Source of the DNA: Nitrospirota bacterium
Lineage (GTDB): Bacteria > Nitrospirota > Thermodesulfovibrionia > Thermodesulfovibrionales > JdFR-86
Direction of reading: 5' to 3'
Length of the DNA stretch: 64,000 nt
NCBI GenBank assembly: GCA_963721805.1
Contig: CAVRJY010000001.1
Location: 1,248,001 to 1,312,000 of the forward strand
The number at the start of each line of letters is the position of its first letter. Position 1 is the stretch's first letter. Below, piece after piece: positions 19,479 to 29,073 of this stretch. The notes below the pieces were generated by a model that saw only the letters and a program-made list of their open reading frames with translations, made no database searches and was not told the origin of the DNA. Made by a program: the position numbers and the translations under genes.

Positions 19479-21350
19479 CTACCTGTAGAATTCCGACATC
19501 TGCCTGCTGCCCTCGATGAGCATCTCTCGTTTGAGTTTGAGGACCTCGCTTGCGTTCGCGACGGGTTTGTAGTCCGCGTGGGAGCGGACCTCGAGCGAGC
19601 CCATGTTATAGGTCTCGGTCGAAAACGTGATGACGTCGTCGGGGTCTATGAGCGAGAGCTTGTTCCACCCGGCTACGGGGATGTACGTGCGCGCGGCGCT
19701 CTCATCGAGCAGCGAGACGCCCTGCGTGTAGTCGGAGCGGGGTGAGTTGCAGCCGATGGCGTCCATCAGGGTCGGGACGAGGTCCATGTGCGCCGTCACG
19801 CGCGTGACCTTGCGCGGCCCTATGCCCGGGTAATGCAGGACGGCGGTGGTGTGGGTCTGGTAGTCGTCGAAGGCCGAGGTGTGGCCGAGGAACCCCCGCT
19901 CATAGAACTCCTCGCCGTGGTCCCCGGTGATCATGACTATCGTGTGGTCCATCAGGCCCTTTTTCCGGAGCGCCTCTAGGATCATGTTGATCAGGTAGTC
20001 CTCGTAGAGGGCGGCGTTCTTGAAGCGGTTTCGAAGCTGGTCGATCTTGTCGCGGTCGGTGTCGCTGAAATAGTTGATCTCGCCCTGGAGCGCGGGGCGG
20101 AAGTGCTCGAACTCCTTGGGGTAGTCGTAGCTCTCGTGCGTGGAGTTATAGAACATGAACAGGAAGAACGGGTCGCGCAGCTTGCCGCTGTTTATGTACG
20201 AGACGATCTTGTCGGTCTGTATGCGGTCGTGGATGTCCGAGGTCCCGGCCGGCAGCGAGTCCTCGATCTTGTCCAGCACGTGCGAAAACGCGGTGGAGCG
20301 GAACTCCGGGAACTTAAGCGGCGTGCTGGAGAGCACCGCGAAGTCGTACCCCCGGTCCTTGAGCGAGTCGATCAGCACGGGCGGGATGCGGTGCGCGAGG
20401 AAGGTGTCCCAGTAGGAGCCCTCGAGGCCGTACATCAGCGAGAATATCCCGAAGCGCGTGTCGTTGCCCCCGCTGTAGTGGTTCATGAGGCGGATGTTGC
20501 CGTCCGCGAACCGGCTCAGGTTCGGCATGTTTTCGTCAGTCAGGAGGTCGAACCTCAGGCACTCCACCGCGATGACCACGATGTTGTATCGCTTGTCCTT
20601 GGACTGGTCGAACGTGGGCTGCGCTTTTGGGTACAGCACCGGCGCGCCCGCGGATTTGCCCTTTATCTTCATCCCTCCGGAGGCCTTATACCCAAACAGC
20701 CTGGACGCCGCGCGCCGTACGATAAGGGGCTGGTAGAGCGGGTAGAGCCTCGCGTTTTTCGTGATCATGGTATCGTTTGCGAGGTCGCCGTAAGCGTCGA
20801 GGCCCTTGTCGGCCAAAAACAGCGCGATTCCCGCGACGAGCACGATGGCTGCGGCCTTCCTGAAGCGTGCGTCGTCCGGGGCCGCAAACCTCCGGGCGAG
20901 GAGCTGCCCGCCCGCCATAGCGGCTGCGATCAGCGCGATGATGCCCAATAGCGTCGAGATCGTCTCTCGGCCGATCACGACCGAGTCCGCGAGGCCCCCG
21001 GTCATGATGAGGTTCAGGACCATAGAGTTGAGGTGGTAGTGGTATATCGTGTAGACGCGGGTATCCACGACCAGCAGCGTCTGGAGCGTCAGAAACAGCA
21101 TGCCCCCGAGCGCGGCCAGTATCCTCCTTGAGCGTACGGCGAACCCGGCGAGATATACCGCGAGACCTATCAGGAGGTTAAGCGAAAAGTAATGCGCCAC
21201 GAACGGCAGCAGGTCCTTCAGGGCCGAGAACGAGCCGTCCAGCTCGATCCCCTTCGTCAGCAGGGGCGCGGATATGACCATCGATATCGCGGCGTTGACC
21301 GCGATGGCGGGGAGGCAGTCTCCGAGGAAACTCAGCGAGCGGCGTTTCAT
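19479..21350 (-). CDS. Membrane-anchored sulfatase/alkaline-phosphatase-fold protein (YejM/PbgA, LTA synthase-like)
   Basis: Several N-terminal TM helices, then NIVVIAVECLR, HYSGGNDTRFGIFSL, TGDHGEEF, GHTS. Confidence 0.85.
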   Translation of the reverse strand: MKRRSLSFLGDCLPAIAVNAAISMVISAPLLTKGIELDGSFSALKDLLPFVAHYFSLNLLIGLAVYLAGFAVRSRRILAALGGMLFLTLQTLLVVDTRVYTIYHYHLNSMVLNLIMTGGLADSVVIGRETISTLLGIIALIAAAMAGGQLLARRFAAPDDARFRKAAAIVLVAGIALFLADKGLDAYGDLANDTMITKNARLYPLYQPLIVRRAASRLFGYKASGGMKIKGKSAGAPVLYPKAQPTFDQSKDKRYNIVVIAVECLRFDLLTDENMPNLSRFADGNIRLMNHYSGGNDTRFGIFSLMYGLEGSYWDTFLAHRIPPVLIDSLKDRGYDFAVLSSTPLKFPEFRSTAFSHVLDKIEDSLPAGTSDIHDRIQTDKIVSYINSGKLRDPFFLFMFYNSTHESYDYPKEFEHFRPALQGEINYFSDTDRDKIDQLRNRFKNAALYEDYLINMILEALRKKGLMDHTIVMITGDHGEEFYERGFLGHTSAFDDYQTHTTAVLHYPGIGPRKVTRVTAHMDLVPTLMDAIGCNSPRSDYTQGVSLLDESAARTYIPVAGWNKLSLIDPDDVITFSTETYNMGSLEVRSHADYKPVANASEVLKLKREMLIEGSRQMSEFYR

Positions 21351-22195
21351 GTGCGTTGTCCTTCCATGGCATGGTGCGGCGGGATGGTGCTATCAGGCGG
21401 GTAGCCGTAGGCCTGATCCAGGGTGCGAGTGGCCTCGTCAAGGTATCGCAGGTCGTCGGCGCTGAAGTGTTTGACGTACCCTCTGACCTTGCCCTCGCGT
21501 ACCTTGTACGAGTTGTTGTCCGAGACATCGGCCGGCGTGAGCATCGTGCTGTTGAAATCTCCGCGCTGCTCCATGCGCCTCATGTTCTCGAACTCCGAGA
21601 AGCGTACGGCCTGTGCCGCCGCGGCTGCGTCGACGGCCCCGGGGGCCTCGACGAATTCGAGCAAACGCGTGAGTTCCGCGAGCGTATCGGCGCGCAGGGC
21701 CTCGTAGCTCAGCCACAGGCAGCGCGGGTGGTTTCCGAAGCGCTTGCGCCAGAGGTTCAGGGTCTTGACGACCGAGCCGATGCCATAGCGCCGGTCGCGT
21801 ATGAAACTGCCGATTGAGCTATCGCACCTGTTTTTGACCGACCGCCTGGTCATCTGGAAATACAGCGAGACGACCGTGTCGCGGGGGTCGCGGTACAGTA
21901 CCAGGAGCTTTTTGCCGAAGACCACCCTGTCGGGTATGAGCATCTTGCCCCGCAGGCGTTCCCAGAACGTGGCCTCGCTGTGGTGAAGCCAGAGTTCGTG
22001 GTCGTAAACGATGCCGGGGACGAGTTCGCTTGATTTGCGCAGGTCGTCGATAGCAAACGGGATATCGTATTTAAGCGAAAAATATTTGTTCAGGAGCACC
22101 CTGAGCCATGTACGCCCGCTCTTGCCGACCGAAAAAACCAGAATGTCCGCCCCATACTGTTTGCGCCTCTTGGGGTTCATCTTGCGCAACCGCAT
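21347..22195 (-). CDS. PAPS-dependent sulfotransferase (start uncertain; ORF is open to 22264)
   Basis: 5'-PSB motif SVGKSGRTWL, 3'-PB motif YRDPRDTVVS, YEAL, KVREGKVRGY. Confidence 0.88.
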   Translation of the reverse strand: MRLRKMNPKRRKQYGADILVFSVGKSGRTWLRVLLNKYFSLKYDIPFAIDDLRKSSELVPGIVYDHELWLHHSEATFWERLRGKMLIPDRVVFGKKLLVLYRDPRDTVVSLYFQMTRRSVKNRCDSSIGSFIRDRRYGIGSVVKTLNLWRKRFGNHPRCLWLSYEALRADTLAELTRLLEFVEAPGAVDAAAAAQAVRFSEFENMRRMEQRGDFNSTMLTPADVSDNNSYKVREGKVRGYVKHFSADDLRYLDEATRTLDQAYGYPPDSTIPPHHAMEGQRT

Positions 22196-22384
22196 CCCAT
22201 ATAATAGCATTTCGGTTTTGATCGATGCTCCTGCGTCCAAGCGCAACAAGAGTCGCCGGCTCAATCACTGCGGCCGGGTTCTTCCGTGACCGCTCCGGCA
22301 TACAGAGGGTTTGGCGTGGAGGTTATGTCACTGTTGTTTCGTCATCAGGGCTCCGGCCGGAAAACAAGCCGGAGCGCCGCGTGT

Positions 22385-23362
22385 TCAGGGCCGTGCGCTT
22401 CGGGACTGGTGCCACTTCCACGCCGAGGCCACCATCGTGCGCAGGTCGCTGTGGCGGGGCCTCCAGCGCAACGTGCGCTCGATCTTTTTGGGGCTGCCGA
22501 TCAGTATCGCCGGGTCTCCGGGGCGGCGGCCCGACTCGATGACCGGGATCTTGCGGCCCGTGACCCCGGAGGCCGCGCTTATCACCTCGCGCACCGAGTG
22601 TCCGCTCCCGCTTCCGAGGTTGAAGGCCTCGCTCGGACCTCCGTCCATCAGATAGTCCAGTGCAAGCACGTGGGCGTCGGCGATGTCGCTGACGTGTATG
22701 AAATCCCTGATGCAGGTACCGTCCCTGGTGGGGTAGTCCGTGCCGTACACGCTCACGTTCGGCCTGCGGCCCGTCGCGGCGTCGAGCACGAGCGGGATGA
22801 GGTGGGTCTCGGGTGAGTGCCTTTCGCCTATCCCCGACTCCGCATCCGCGCCAGCCGCGTTGAAATACCTCAGCGCTGCGTATCGCAATCCGTATGCGCG
22901 CGCGTAGTCGGCCAGGACCTTTTCGATCATCAGTTTGGTCCAGCCGTAAGGGTTAACCGGGTTAAGCGGATGCTCCTCGGTGATGGGCGTATTTTCGGGT
23001 GTCCCGTATACCGCGCACGAAGAAGAGAAGATAAAGCGCTTTACATCGAACTCCAGCATGACGTTAAGCAGGTTTAGCGTGTTGACGACGTTATTCGCAT
23101 AATAGGCGCGCGGGTCCGTGACCGAATCCCCGACGTTGATATAAGAGGCGAAGTGCATTACCGCGTCAAACGCGTGCGTGGAAAAAAGGTCCCTCAGGCG
23201 ATCGACGGAGGCGAGGTCGGCCTCGAAAAACTCGCCCCAGCGTACGAACTCCCTGTGTCCGTGCACGAGGTTGTCGAATACGACCGTTTTATGGCCCAGC
23301 CGGGCGAGTTCCTTGTTCGCGTGGCTGCCTATGTAGCCGGCCCCGCCTACGACCAATATCAT
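22385..23362 (-). CDS. galE: UDP-glucose 4-epimerase
   Basis: GGAGYIGSH, FSSSCAVYG, YGWTK, LRYFNAAGA, DGTCIRDFIHV. Confidence 0.96.
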   Translation of the reverse strand: MILVVGGAGYIGSHANKELARLGHKTVVFDNLVHGHREFVRWGEFFEADLASVDRLRDLFSTHAFDAVMHFASYINVGDSVTDPRAYYANNVVNTLNLLNVMLEFDVKRFIFSSSCAVYGTPENTPITEEHPLNPVNPYGWTKLMIEKVLADYARAYGLRYAALRYFNAAGADAESGIGERHSPETHLIPLVLDAATGRRPNVSVYGTDYPTRDGTCIRDFIHVSDIADAHVLALDYLMDGGPSEAFNLGSGSGHSVREVISAASGVTGRKIPVIESGRRPGDPAILIGSPKKIERTLRWRPRHSDLRTMVASAWKWHQSRSARP

Positions 23363-23369
23363 CTTTGCC

Positions 23370-24569
23370 TTATCGCGCGAGGCTGCGGCCGTTCAGTATT
23401 GATGCATAAAGCTCCATTTGCTGCGCCACGGTGTTCTTGATGCCGAACCGGTCTATCACCCGCTGGCGTGCGGCCCTGCCCAGGGCTTGCGCGAGGGCGG
23501 GGTCGTCAAGCAGCCGCACGATGGCCGAGGCCAGCGCCTGCGAGTCCTTGACCGGGACCAGGAGCGCGTCTGTGCCGTCGGTCAGGATCTCCTGAAAGGG
23601 CCCGATCGAGGTCGCTACCACCGGCCTGGACGCGACCATCGCCTCTATCAGGGCGTTGCCGAACCCCTCCCAGAGCGAGGGCATGGCGTATATGTCCATT
23701 GCGGCCAGGACGTCCGGGATGTCCTTGCGGAGCCCGGCGAAGATCATCCGCGACGCAACCCCCATTTTTTGCGCATAGTCCTTGAGGACCCCGTGGAGTT
23801 TGCCGTCCCCTATCAGCAGCACCATCGCCTTGGGGTGAGAATCCTTTATCAGCGACAACGCCTCGATCAAAAAACGATGGCCCTTTTGGTCTTCGTTCCT
23901 CCCGATGGCGCCGATGACCTGCACGTCTTCAGGTATGCCGAGAGAACGTCTCGTGCGCGTGCGGTCTCCGGCCGGTATCGAATCTATATCAAAGCCGTTA
24001 TAGATGACGTTGATCTTATCGGCGGGGATGCGGTCGTAGAGCACCATGTCGGCCTTCACCGCCTCGGAGACGGCGACGAGCGCGTTCGTGCGGAGCGCCA
24101 GAAGCCGCCTGATGATCCGGCGCTTCGGCTTCAGCTCGAGCCCTTTGTACTGATTATGCTCGGAGGATACGACGCACTTGGCGTTAGTCAATATGGCCGC
24201 ATACCTTCCGTAAAGGTTCGGGAAATATCCGTGCGTACGCACGATATCGATCTTGCGTTGCCTGATTATCCGCACGAGGCCAAGCAGTACCTTCAAGTTC
24301 GGAATTATGCTCCTGCGCTGGCTGGGCATGCGCATCTCGATGACCTCGACCCCCGAGGCCTCGATATCGGGCTTAATCTGGCCCTGCCCCATGAGAGAGC
24401 AGACGGTAGGCGTGATCGCGGAGCGGTCGTAGTTCCTGATCACGGTCATCATCTGTTTCGGAACGCCGTAGACTGTCAGCGTGTTTACTACGTGCAGTAT
24501 GCGGTACGGTCTCGCCGGTATAATATCGTTTATCCCCCCGTTTCGGCCCCTATGAGCAATAACACGCAC
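23370..24569 (-). CDS. Glycosyltransferase family 4
   Basis: QKGHRFLI, PSLWEGFGNALIEAM. Confidence 0.92.
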   Translation of the reverse strand: MRVIAHRGRNGGINDIIPARPYRILHVVNTLTVYGVPKQMMTVIRNYDRSAITPTVCSLMGQGQIKPDIEASGVEVIEMRMPSQRRSIIPNLKVLLGLVRIIRQRKIDIVRTHGYFPNLYGRYAAILTNAKCVVSSEHNQYKGLELKPKRRIIRRLLALRTNALVAVSEAVKADMVLYDRIPADKINVIYNGFDIDSIPAGDRTRTRRSLGIPEDVQVIGAIGRNEDQKGHRFLIEALSLIKDSHPKAMVLLIGDGKLHGVLKDYAQKMGVASRMIFAGLRKDIPDVLAAMDIYAMPSLWEGFGNALIEAMVASRPVVATSIGPFQEILTDGTDALLVPVKDSQALASAIVRLLDDPALAQALGRAARQRVIDRFGIKNTVAQQMELYASILNGRSLAR

Positions 24570-25705
24570 TAATATAGCAGCTTTGGCGAGAGCAGATCAA
24601 TATAAAGCGATTGCCAGCGGCCGGTCGTGGCCTCGATCCCGAAGTGTTCTATGACATGCCCTCTGGCTGCCTCGCCCATCCGCCGCGCCTGACGCACGTC
24701 GGCCGCCACCTCGACAACGGCGCTTGCAAGCGCAGCGGGGTCGCGCGGTGGGACTATACGGCCGTGTTCGGGGTCGCGGAGCGCCTCGGGTATGCCGCCC
24801 ACGTTGGTCGCTACCACCGGGAGCCCCATGCTCATCGCTTCCAGCATCGCGTTTGGGAGGCCTTCCTCGATCGAGGGCATCACGAAGACGTCGGATGCCG
24901 CGAGCAGGTCAGGCACGTCGGTGCGCTGCCCCGTCAGCAGCACGCTTGCGCCGAGGCCGCGCTCCCTTATCATCCGCTCCAGGATCTCGCGGTACGAGCC
25001 GTCGCCCACGATCACGAGCCGGGTGTCGCGGCCGCTCAACCCCGCGCGTATCGCGCCGAAAGCCTCGATGAGATATTCGTATCCTTTGTTCTCGGCGAGC
25101 CTGCCTATCGAGACCAGCAGCAGCGAGTCTTTCGGTACCGCGAGCCCGGCCCGGACGTCCGCATGCGGGGCGGAGGGGTCGAACCTCGCGAGGTCCACGC
25201 CGTTTCGAATGACGCGCGTGCGTTTGAGCGGCAGGCGGTCGTAGCGCACCAAGTCCGTGCGGATCGCCTCCGATACGCCGACATAGACGTCCGTGCGCGA
25301 AAACAGCAGCCTGTTGGTGAGCCTTCTAAGCAGCCGCAGCTCCTTTTCGTGGTATGAGTTATGCTCCGAGCATATGACCACCGGCACGCCCGCGCGCCAT
25401 GCGGCCAGGCGGCCGTAGAAACCGGCCCGGTACTTGTGGGTGCGGAGCACCTGGATATTCTTCTTTTTCATCAGCGCCGCGAGTTCGGAGATGATCGAGG
25501 GGCTGAAGCGGCTGTAGCGCTCATGGCCGAGCGCGACGAAGTCATATCCCAGCCGCTCGAACTCCTCGCCGACTTCGAGCTTGGGCCCGAGACAGCAGAA
25601 AGTCGGGTTGATGACCGAGCGGTCGTAGTGCTTAAACAGGTTCAGGATCTGGAGCTGTATGCCTCCGAGCTTAGAGTTCTGGTATACGTGCAGGACGTTG
25701 ATCAT
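24569..25705 (-). CDS. Glycosyltransferase family 4
   Basis: GRLAENKG, PSIEEGLPNAMLEAM. Confidence 0.92.
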   Translation of the reverse strand: MINVLHVYQNSKLGGIQLQILNLFKHYDRSVINPTFCCLGPKLEVGEEFERLGYDFVALGHERYSRFSPSIISELAALMKKKNIQVLRTHKYRAGFYGRLAAWRAGVPVVICSEHNSYHEKELRLLRRLTNRLLFSRTDVYVGVSEAIRTDLVRYDRLPLKRTRVIRNGVDLARFDPSAPHADVRAGLAVPKDSLLLVSIGRLAENKGYEYLIEAFGAIRAGLSGRDTRLVIVGDGSYREILERMIRERGLGASVLLTGQRTDVPDLLAASDVFVMPSIEEGLPNAMLEAMSMGLPVVATNVGGIPEALRDPEHGRIVPPRDPAALASAVVEVAADVRQARRMGEAARGHVIEHFGIEATTGRWQSLYIDLLSPKLLY

Positions 25706-26823
25706 GGCAGCTGGCCCTGAAGTATCGAGGTATAGAGCCCCACATACCGCTCAACGGTCGCCCTGATGCTGTATTGGACCTCGGCCTTCAGGGCCGCGGC
25801 ATCGCCAAGGCGGCGGCTGAGCGCGACATCGTCCAGCAGCGCCGAGATCGCATCGCCCAGGGCGCGTGCGTCGGAGGGCGGCACGATCAGTGCGTCCGCG
25901 CCGTCCACCAGCACGTCTGCAAATGACGGGATCGCGCTTGCGACAATCGGCCTGCCCGAGGCCATCGCCTCGATGAGGGCGTTGCTCATGCCCTCCCAAA
26001 GCGAGGGCATCGCGTATATGTCCATCGCGGCCAGCATGTCCGGCACGTCTCTTCGCATGCCGGCGAATACCACCCTCTCGGCGATCCCGAAATCCCTTGC
26101 GATGTCCTCAAGCTCTCCTTGCAGCTCCCCGTCCCCTACGAGCAGCACGATAGCCTTGGGGTGCGTATCCTTCATGCCCCCGAGGGCCTCGACCAGATAC
26201 CTGTGGCCCTTCTGGCCTACGAGCCTCCCGACCGCGCCGATGACCTGGGCATCGCTGGAAATACCCAGCGAGCGCCTTGCGCGCGTGCGGTCGCCGCGCG
26301 CTATCGCAGCCGTATCCACGCCATTTGGGATCACCGCGATCTTCGCTGGTGCGATACGGTCGTATCTCGCGATATCGGCCTTCACCGCCTCGGAGACAGC
26401 GACGAGCCCATCGGTGCGGCGGGCCAGATAGTGGTTTATGAGCCTGCGGTGCAATTTCCGGTCCTGGGTGTACTGGTTATGCACCGAGGCCACGACGCAT
26501 GGCACATGCGCCCCGGCGAGCCTGCCGTAAAGGTTCGCGTGGTACTGGTGCGTGCGCAGGATGTCTATCCCGCGTTCCTTGATGATGCGCTTAAGCTCGC
26601 TGACCATCCGCCAGCTGAACTGGTGGCCCAGCAGCCCGAGCGCCATTACCTCCACGCCCTCGGCCTCGATCTCGCGCCCTATCTGGCCCTTGTCCGCGAG
26701 CGATACGACTGCGGGCGAGATGACCGCGCGGTCGTAATTGCGTATGACGTTTAGAAGCTGCTGCTCCACGCCGCCGACCGGAAGGCGGCTCATGACGTGC
26801 AGGATGCGGTATGGCGGCTTCAT
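25702..26823 (-). CDS. Glycosyltransferase family 4
   Basis: GGVEQQL, GRLVGQKG, PSLWEGMSNALIEAM. Confidence 0.92.
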   Translation of the reverse strand: MKPPYRILHVMSRLPVGGVEQQLLNVIRNYDRAVISPAVVSLADKGQIGREIEAEGVEVMALGLLGHQFSWRMVSELKRIIKERGIDILRTHQYHANLYGRLAGAHVPCVVASVHNQYTQDRKLHRRLINHYLARRTDGLVAVSEAVKADIARYDRIAPAKIAVIPNGVDTAAIARGDRTRARRSLGISSDAQVIGAVGRLVGQKGHRYLVEALGGMKDTHPKAIVLLVGDGELQGELEDIARDFGIAERVVFAGMRRDVPDMLAAMDIYAMPSLWEGMSNALIEAMASGRPIVASAIPSFADVLVDGADALIVPPSDARALGDAISALLDDVALSRRLGDAAALKAEVQYSIRATVERYVGLYTSILQGQLP

Positions 26824-27980
26824 CCCAGGTTTATGCCCTTGGCCGCAAGGACCTCGTGGTACAGGTCAGTGTATTTGCCCGCCGTGCCTGCTATCGTAAA
26901 ATCCCTCCCGGCCAGGTCGATAGACGCCTTCGACATGTGTTTGGCCAGAGCTTTGTCACTAGCGATGCGCCCGATTGCGTCGGCGATGGGCCGGGGCTCG
27001 CAAGGAGGCACTATGATGGCGGCGCCCGAGTTGCCGGCGATCTCGCGCACGGTCGGAATGTCTGAGGCGACAACCGGCTTTCCGGCGGCCATGCCCTCGA
27101 TGAGTGCGTTTCCGAACCCCTCCCACAGGGATGGGAATACGAATATGTCAGAGGCCGCGATTATTGCGGGCACGTCCCGCCTGACCCCGGCGAAGATGAC
27201 GTTATCCACTATGCCCAGGGTCCTCGCCTTTTCCTTGAGCGCGGCGTCCAGGGGCCCGTCGCCGACGACGAGCAGCATCACCGACGGGAACCGGTCCTTA
27301 AGCATGGCCACCGCGTCCAGAAGATACGTCTGGCCTTTTTGCTCGACGAGCCTTCCCACGGAACACAAGACCGGATGGCGGCCTGCGAGACCGAACTCAG
27401 AGGCGATGGCGGCAGTTGCGCGCCCGGCGAACCGCAAGGTCTCTATGCCGTTGTGGATCACAACCGTGCGTTTGGAGTTGAGTCCGTCGTAAGCGAGCAC
27501 GTCGCGCCTTACCGCCTCGGAGACCGTGACCACACGGTCCGTCAGCCTGCCGAGCATGAAGTTCAGCGCGCGCCGGTTGGGCTTGAGTTCCTGTTGATAG
27601 CCGCTTTGCGGCGACTTGTAAATATTGTGCACCGAGGCTATGATGCACGGGGTGCGGGCAAGTATCGCCGCGATGCGCCCGTGCAGGCTGGCGCGGTATT
27701 CGTGCGTGCGGACGACGTCCGGGTGCAGCTCCCTGATATGCCGCCTGAGGGACAACACCAGCGGCAGCGAAAATCCGCGCGTGAACACGTGGTCGAGTGA
27801 TGTCACATCAATCCCCATGCCGCGTATTTCATCTGAGATGGAGGTCTCGGCCCCCAGGCAGATCACGGCGGGGGTTACGCGCGCGCGGTTGTAACTCAGG
27901 AGCAGCGCGATCAGCTGGTTCGCGACTCCGCCGCTGACAGAAAGTTTGGGGACTATATGGAGGGCTGAGATGGGGATCAT
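26820..27980 (-). CDS. Glycosyltransferase family 4
   Basis: GRLVEQKG, PSLWEGFGNALIEGM. Confidence 0.92.
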   Translation of the reverse strand: MIPISALHIVPKLSVSGGVANQLIALLLSYNRARVTPAVICLGAETSISDEIRGMGIDVTSLDHVFTRGFSLPLVLSLRRHIRELHPDVVRTHEYRASLHGRIAAILARTPCIIASVHNIYKSPQSGYQQELKPNRRALNFMLGRLTDRVVTVSEAVRRDVLAYDGLNSKRTVVIHNGIETLRFAGRATAAIASEFGLAGRHPVLCSVGRLVEQKGQTYLLDAVAMLKDRFPSVMLLVVGDGPLDAALKEKARTLGIVDNVIFAGVRRDVPAIIAASDIFVFPSLWEGFGNALIEGMAAGKPVVASDIPTVREIAGNSGAAIIVPPCEPRPIADAIGRIASDKALAKHMSKASIDLAGRDFTIAGTAGKYTDLYHEVLAAKGINLG

Positions 27981-29071
27981 CGCCTGGTTATCTCTTCGTA
28001 GATCTTGATTATGCGTTTGGCGTTGCGCACGACGTCGAACTCGCGTTCGGCCTTGAGGCGGCCGTTTCGGCCCATGCTGGCGCGCAGCGCAGGGTTGTCG
28101 AGGAGGCGAGTTATCGCCTCTTGAAGGGCGGCAGGGCTTGATGGCTCAACGAGCAGTCCGTTATGGCCGTGCTCGACGACCTCGGGGTTGCCCCCCACGT
28201 TGGTCGCGACCGCTGGCTTTGCAGCCGCGAGCGCCTCGATGAGCGCCCGGCTGCAGCGCTCTTCGAGCGAGGGCAGGGCCACAATGTCGATCCCCCGGAG
28301 CGCGGGGCGGACGTCGTCGAGCGGCCCGGTGAGATGGACGTTTGAGCCGAGCGAGAGCTCGAGGATCGAGCTTTCTACGGTTTCGAGGTAGCCTTCCTCC
28401 GGCGTGTGGCCGCCGACCAGGACGAGCCTGGCATCGGGGTGGGGGCCGAGTATGCCGGGCATCGCGCGGACGAGGTGCTCAACGCCCTTCCGCTCGGTGA
28501 TCTGCCCGACGTATCCCACGACCGGCGCGCCCTCAGGTATCTCGAACCTCTTATGAAGGTAATCGCTCGGCGCGGGGCTGAACGCATCGAGGTCCACGCC
28601 GTTATGGACGGTCTCGGCGTTTGCCGGCGGGTGGCCGTCAAAGAGCCCATTCATAGTGCAGAGGTCGACGAAGACGATACGAGTGGCGAGTTTCCTGAGC
28701 CACGGCCTGAGCCTGCGGCTTCGGGAGATAAACGGATTTTCGCGTATGAACCATACGACCGGCCTGCCGGTCGCGGTCGCGGCTATCGCCGCGTATTTGC
28801 TAAACGGGGTTAACGTGTTTAGGTGCACGAGGTCTATGCGCTCGCGCCGGATGATCTCTGTGAATGTCTTTATGTACCCAAGCCCGAGCGGGCCCTTGTC
28901 GGTGACGACGTAGGAGGGTATGTCCCTGGCCGCGATGCGCTCTATCAGCGGGCCGCTCTCGCGTGTCGCGAATACCGCCGAGTAACCCTCCGGCAGGCGT
29001 TCGATGAGGTTAAGACAGCTTATCGGCGCGCCTGTAAGCGACGCCGAATGGCTTACGAAGAGTATGCGCAT
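27977..29071 (-). CDS. Glycosyltransferase family 4
   Basis: MRILFVSH..TGAP, GQITERKG, PSLEERCSRALIEA. Confidence 0.9.
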   Translation of the reverse strand: MRILFVSHSASLTGAPISCLNLIERLPEGYSAVFATRESGPLIERIAARDIPSYVVTDKGPLGLGYIKTFTEIIRRERIDLVHLNTLTPFSKYAAIAATATGRPVVWFIRENPFISRSRRLRPWLRKLATRIVFVDLCTMNGLFDGHPPANAETVHNGVDLDAFSPAPSDYLHKRFEIPEGAPVVGYVGQITERKGVEHLVRAMPGILGPHPDARLVLVGGHTPEEGYLETVESSILELSLGSNVHLTGPLDDVRPALRGIDIVALPSLEERCSRALIEALAAAKPAVATNVGGNPEVVEHGHNGLLVEPSSPAALQEAITRLLDNPALRASMGRNGRLKAEREFDVVRNAKRIIKIYEEITRR

Positions 29072-29073
29072 CT

